Assembly (NCBI GenBank): GCA_051294375.1
Contig: CM119265.1
Span: 18,648,631 to 18,712,630 of the forward strand
Source: Paraspadella gotoi
Taxonomy: Eukaryota > Animalia > Chaetognatha
Direction: 5' to 3'
DNA length: 64,000 nucleotides
Made by a program: the position numbers and the translations under genes. Shown one piece after another: positions 1-64,000 of this stretch. Under the pieces are notes generated by a model that worked only from the letters and a program-made list of their open reading frames with translations, was not told the DNA's origin and searched no databases. Position 1 is the stretch's first letter; each line of letters opens with the position of its first letter.

Positions 1-163
1 CATTCATCCACAGCCCTAACGACTTCCCTCTACGTTGGCAAAGCGAAACCGTCCGAGGGTTACCGCGCCAGTGACTGTAGGCGTCACTGAGACTCGGAAG
101 CCCCCAAAGCCAACAGTAAGATGCCCATCACAATGGGCATCACTGGCAACCCGGCTGTTGCTA
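1..163 (-). repeat. Hairpin-rich dispersed repeat, copy 1 (truncated by the window edge)
   Basis: Reverse complement matches 42078-42280 and 60611-60832 (gccgggttgcc...tggcgcgg...ggacggt.tcgctttgccaacg.agagggaagtcgttagg). Confidence 0.85.
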
Positions 164-484
164 TAGCATATTTATTATTAGCATCATTCAGACGATAAAT
201 TTTTGATAGTTCTAATAAAATAAAGTAAAATACCCTAATCGTTCAACCCCTTTACACTCAGACGACCCCATACCAATCATACCAATCAATACTTTCAACT
301 TTTAACCATTCCTTAACCCTATTTAATTAGAAACTTAAAGAACCCCTATCCACGCCCCAACTCGCTTTTTCCTACCTCTAGCCTCACCTAACCTAAACAA
401 ACATTGAAAAATAGTGATCGACAAACAGTAGGTCTTCTCAGAGTCAAATTGTTCATCGGCACTCCCACTTTCGTCTCCGCGCAG

Positions 485-63488
<63,004 letters not shown>

Positions 63489-63496
63489 GTCGGGAG

Positions 63497-63547
<51 letters not shown>

Positions 63548-64000
63548 AGTGTTATATTTATTATAATTATTTTCGTAATTTTGCAATTTTCAAACATATT
63601 AACCTGAAATTTTGCACGTACGTCATATTCCCGCATGAATCCATTAGCCAACCCCGTGACATTTGAGTGCCAAAATATTTCGTTTGTTGTCTTTTCCATT
63701 GTGTTTCTGAGGATTTATATCCAGGTAATTTATTTTTACCCGATTTTACTGCCTGGAGCGTTAAGACACCAATTCCGTATCGTGCCTTTTCGCGCCATCC
63801 TTCCAGTTTCCCGATTCGATCGTCAAAGACGCTGCATGACCGGCCGGACGCGGAAGCGTTAGGGCCAAGTTTTGATCCATTGTCTTTGCCTTTATCCTTG
63901 CCCTCTTTATATTTGTCGCAATCCTCGTCCTTCCCGCAACCTTCTTGTCCTTGCCGTGATGCTTAATCCCGAGGTGCGTTCGTTTCTTACTTTGGATCCC

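Noticed and set aside
63570-63965. Minus-strand open frame of about 130 codons at the window end
   Set aside because: No recognisable motif and truncated context; it may be a TE fragment.

Overview
Metazoan genomic DNA with GC-rich exons, AT-rich introns and three N-gaps. The + strand is one segment of a giant multi-exon UNC-89/obscurin-type muscle gene: the end of a PH domain, roughly 40 tandem I-set Ig domains counted by eye, large Ser/Thr/Lys-rich linker exons and an array of phase-0 repeat micro-exons. The gene runs off both ends of the window and has candidate internal first exons and cassette/terminal exons. Its introns hold two antisense two-exon genes: an LRAT/NC-like pseudo-enzyme fused to an AIG1/GIMAP-like GTPase, and a TNF-family ligand with a signal peptide. 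They also hold eight tRNA genes, including an intron-containing elongator tRNA-Met, and many non-autonomous mobile elements. One intron carries a nested stack: a hAT element with TTAGGG-rich repeats, containing a Tc1/mariner-type MITE, which contains a TRIM with tRNA-derived LTRs and a palindrome with two hammerhead-like cores. A solo LTR of the same TRIM lies 12 kb away. All calls are by eye; no searches were run and the organism could not be identified.
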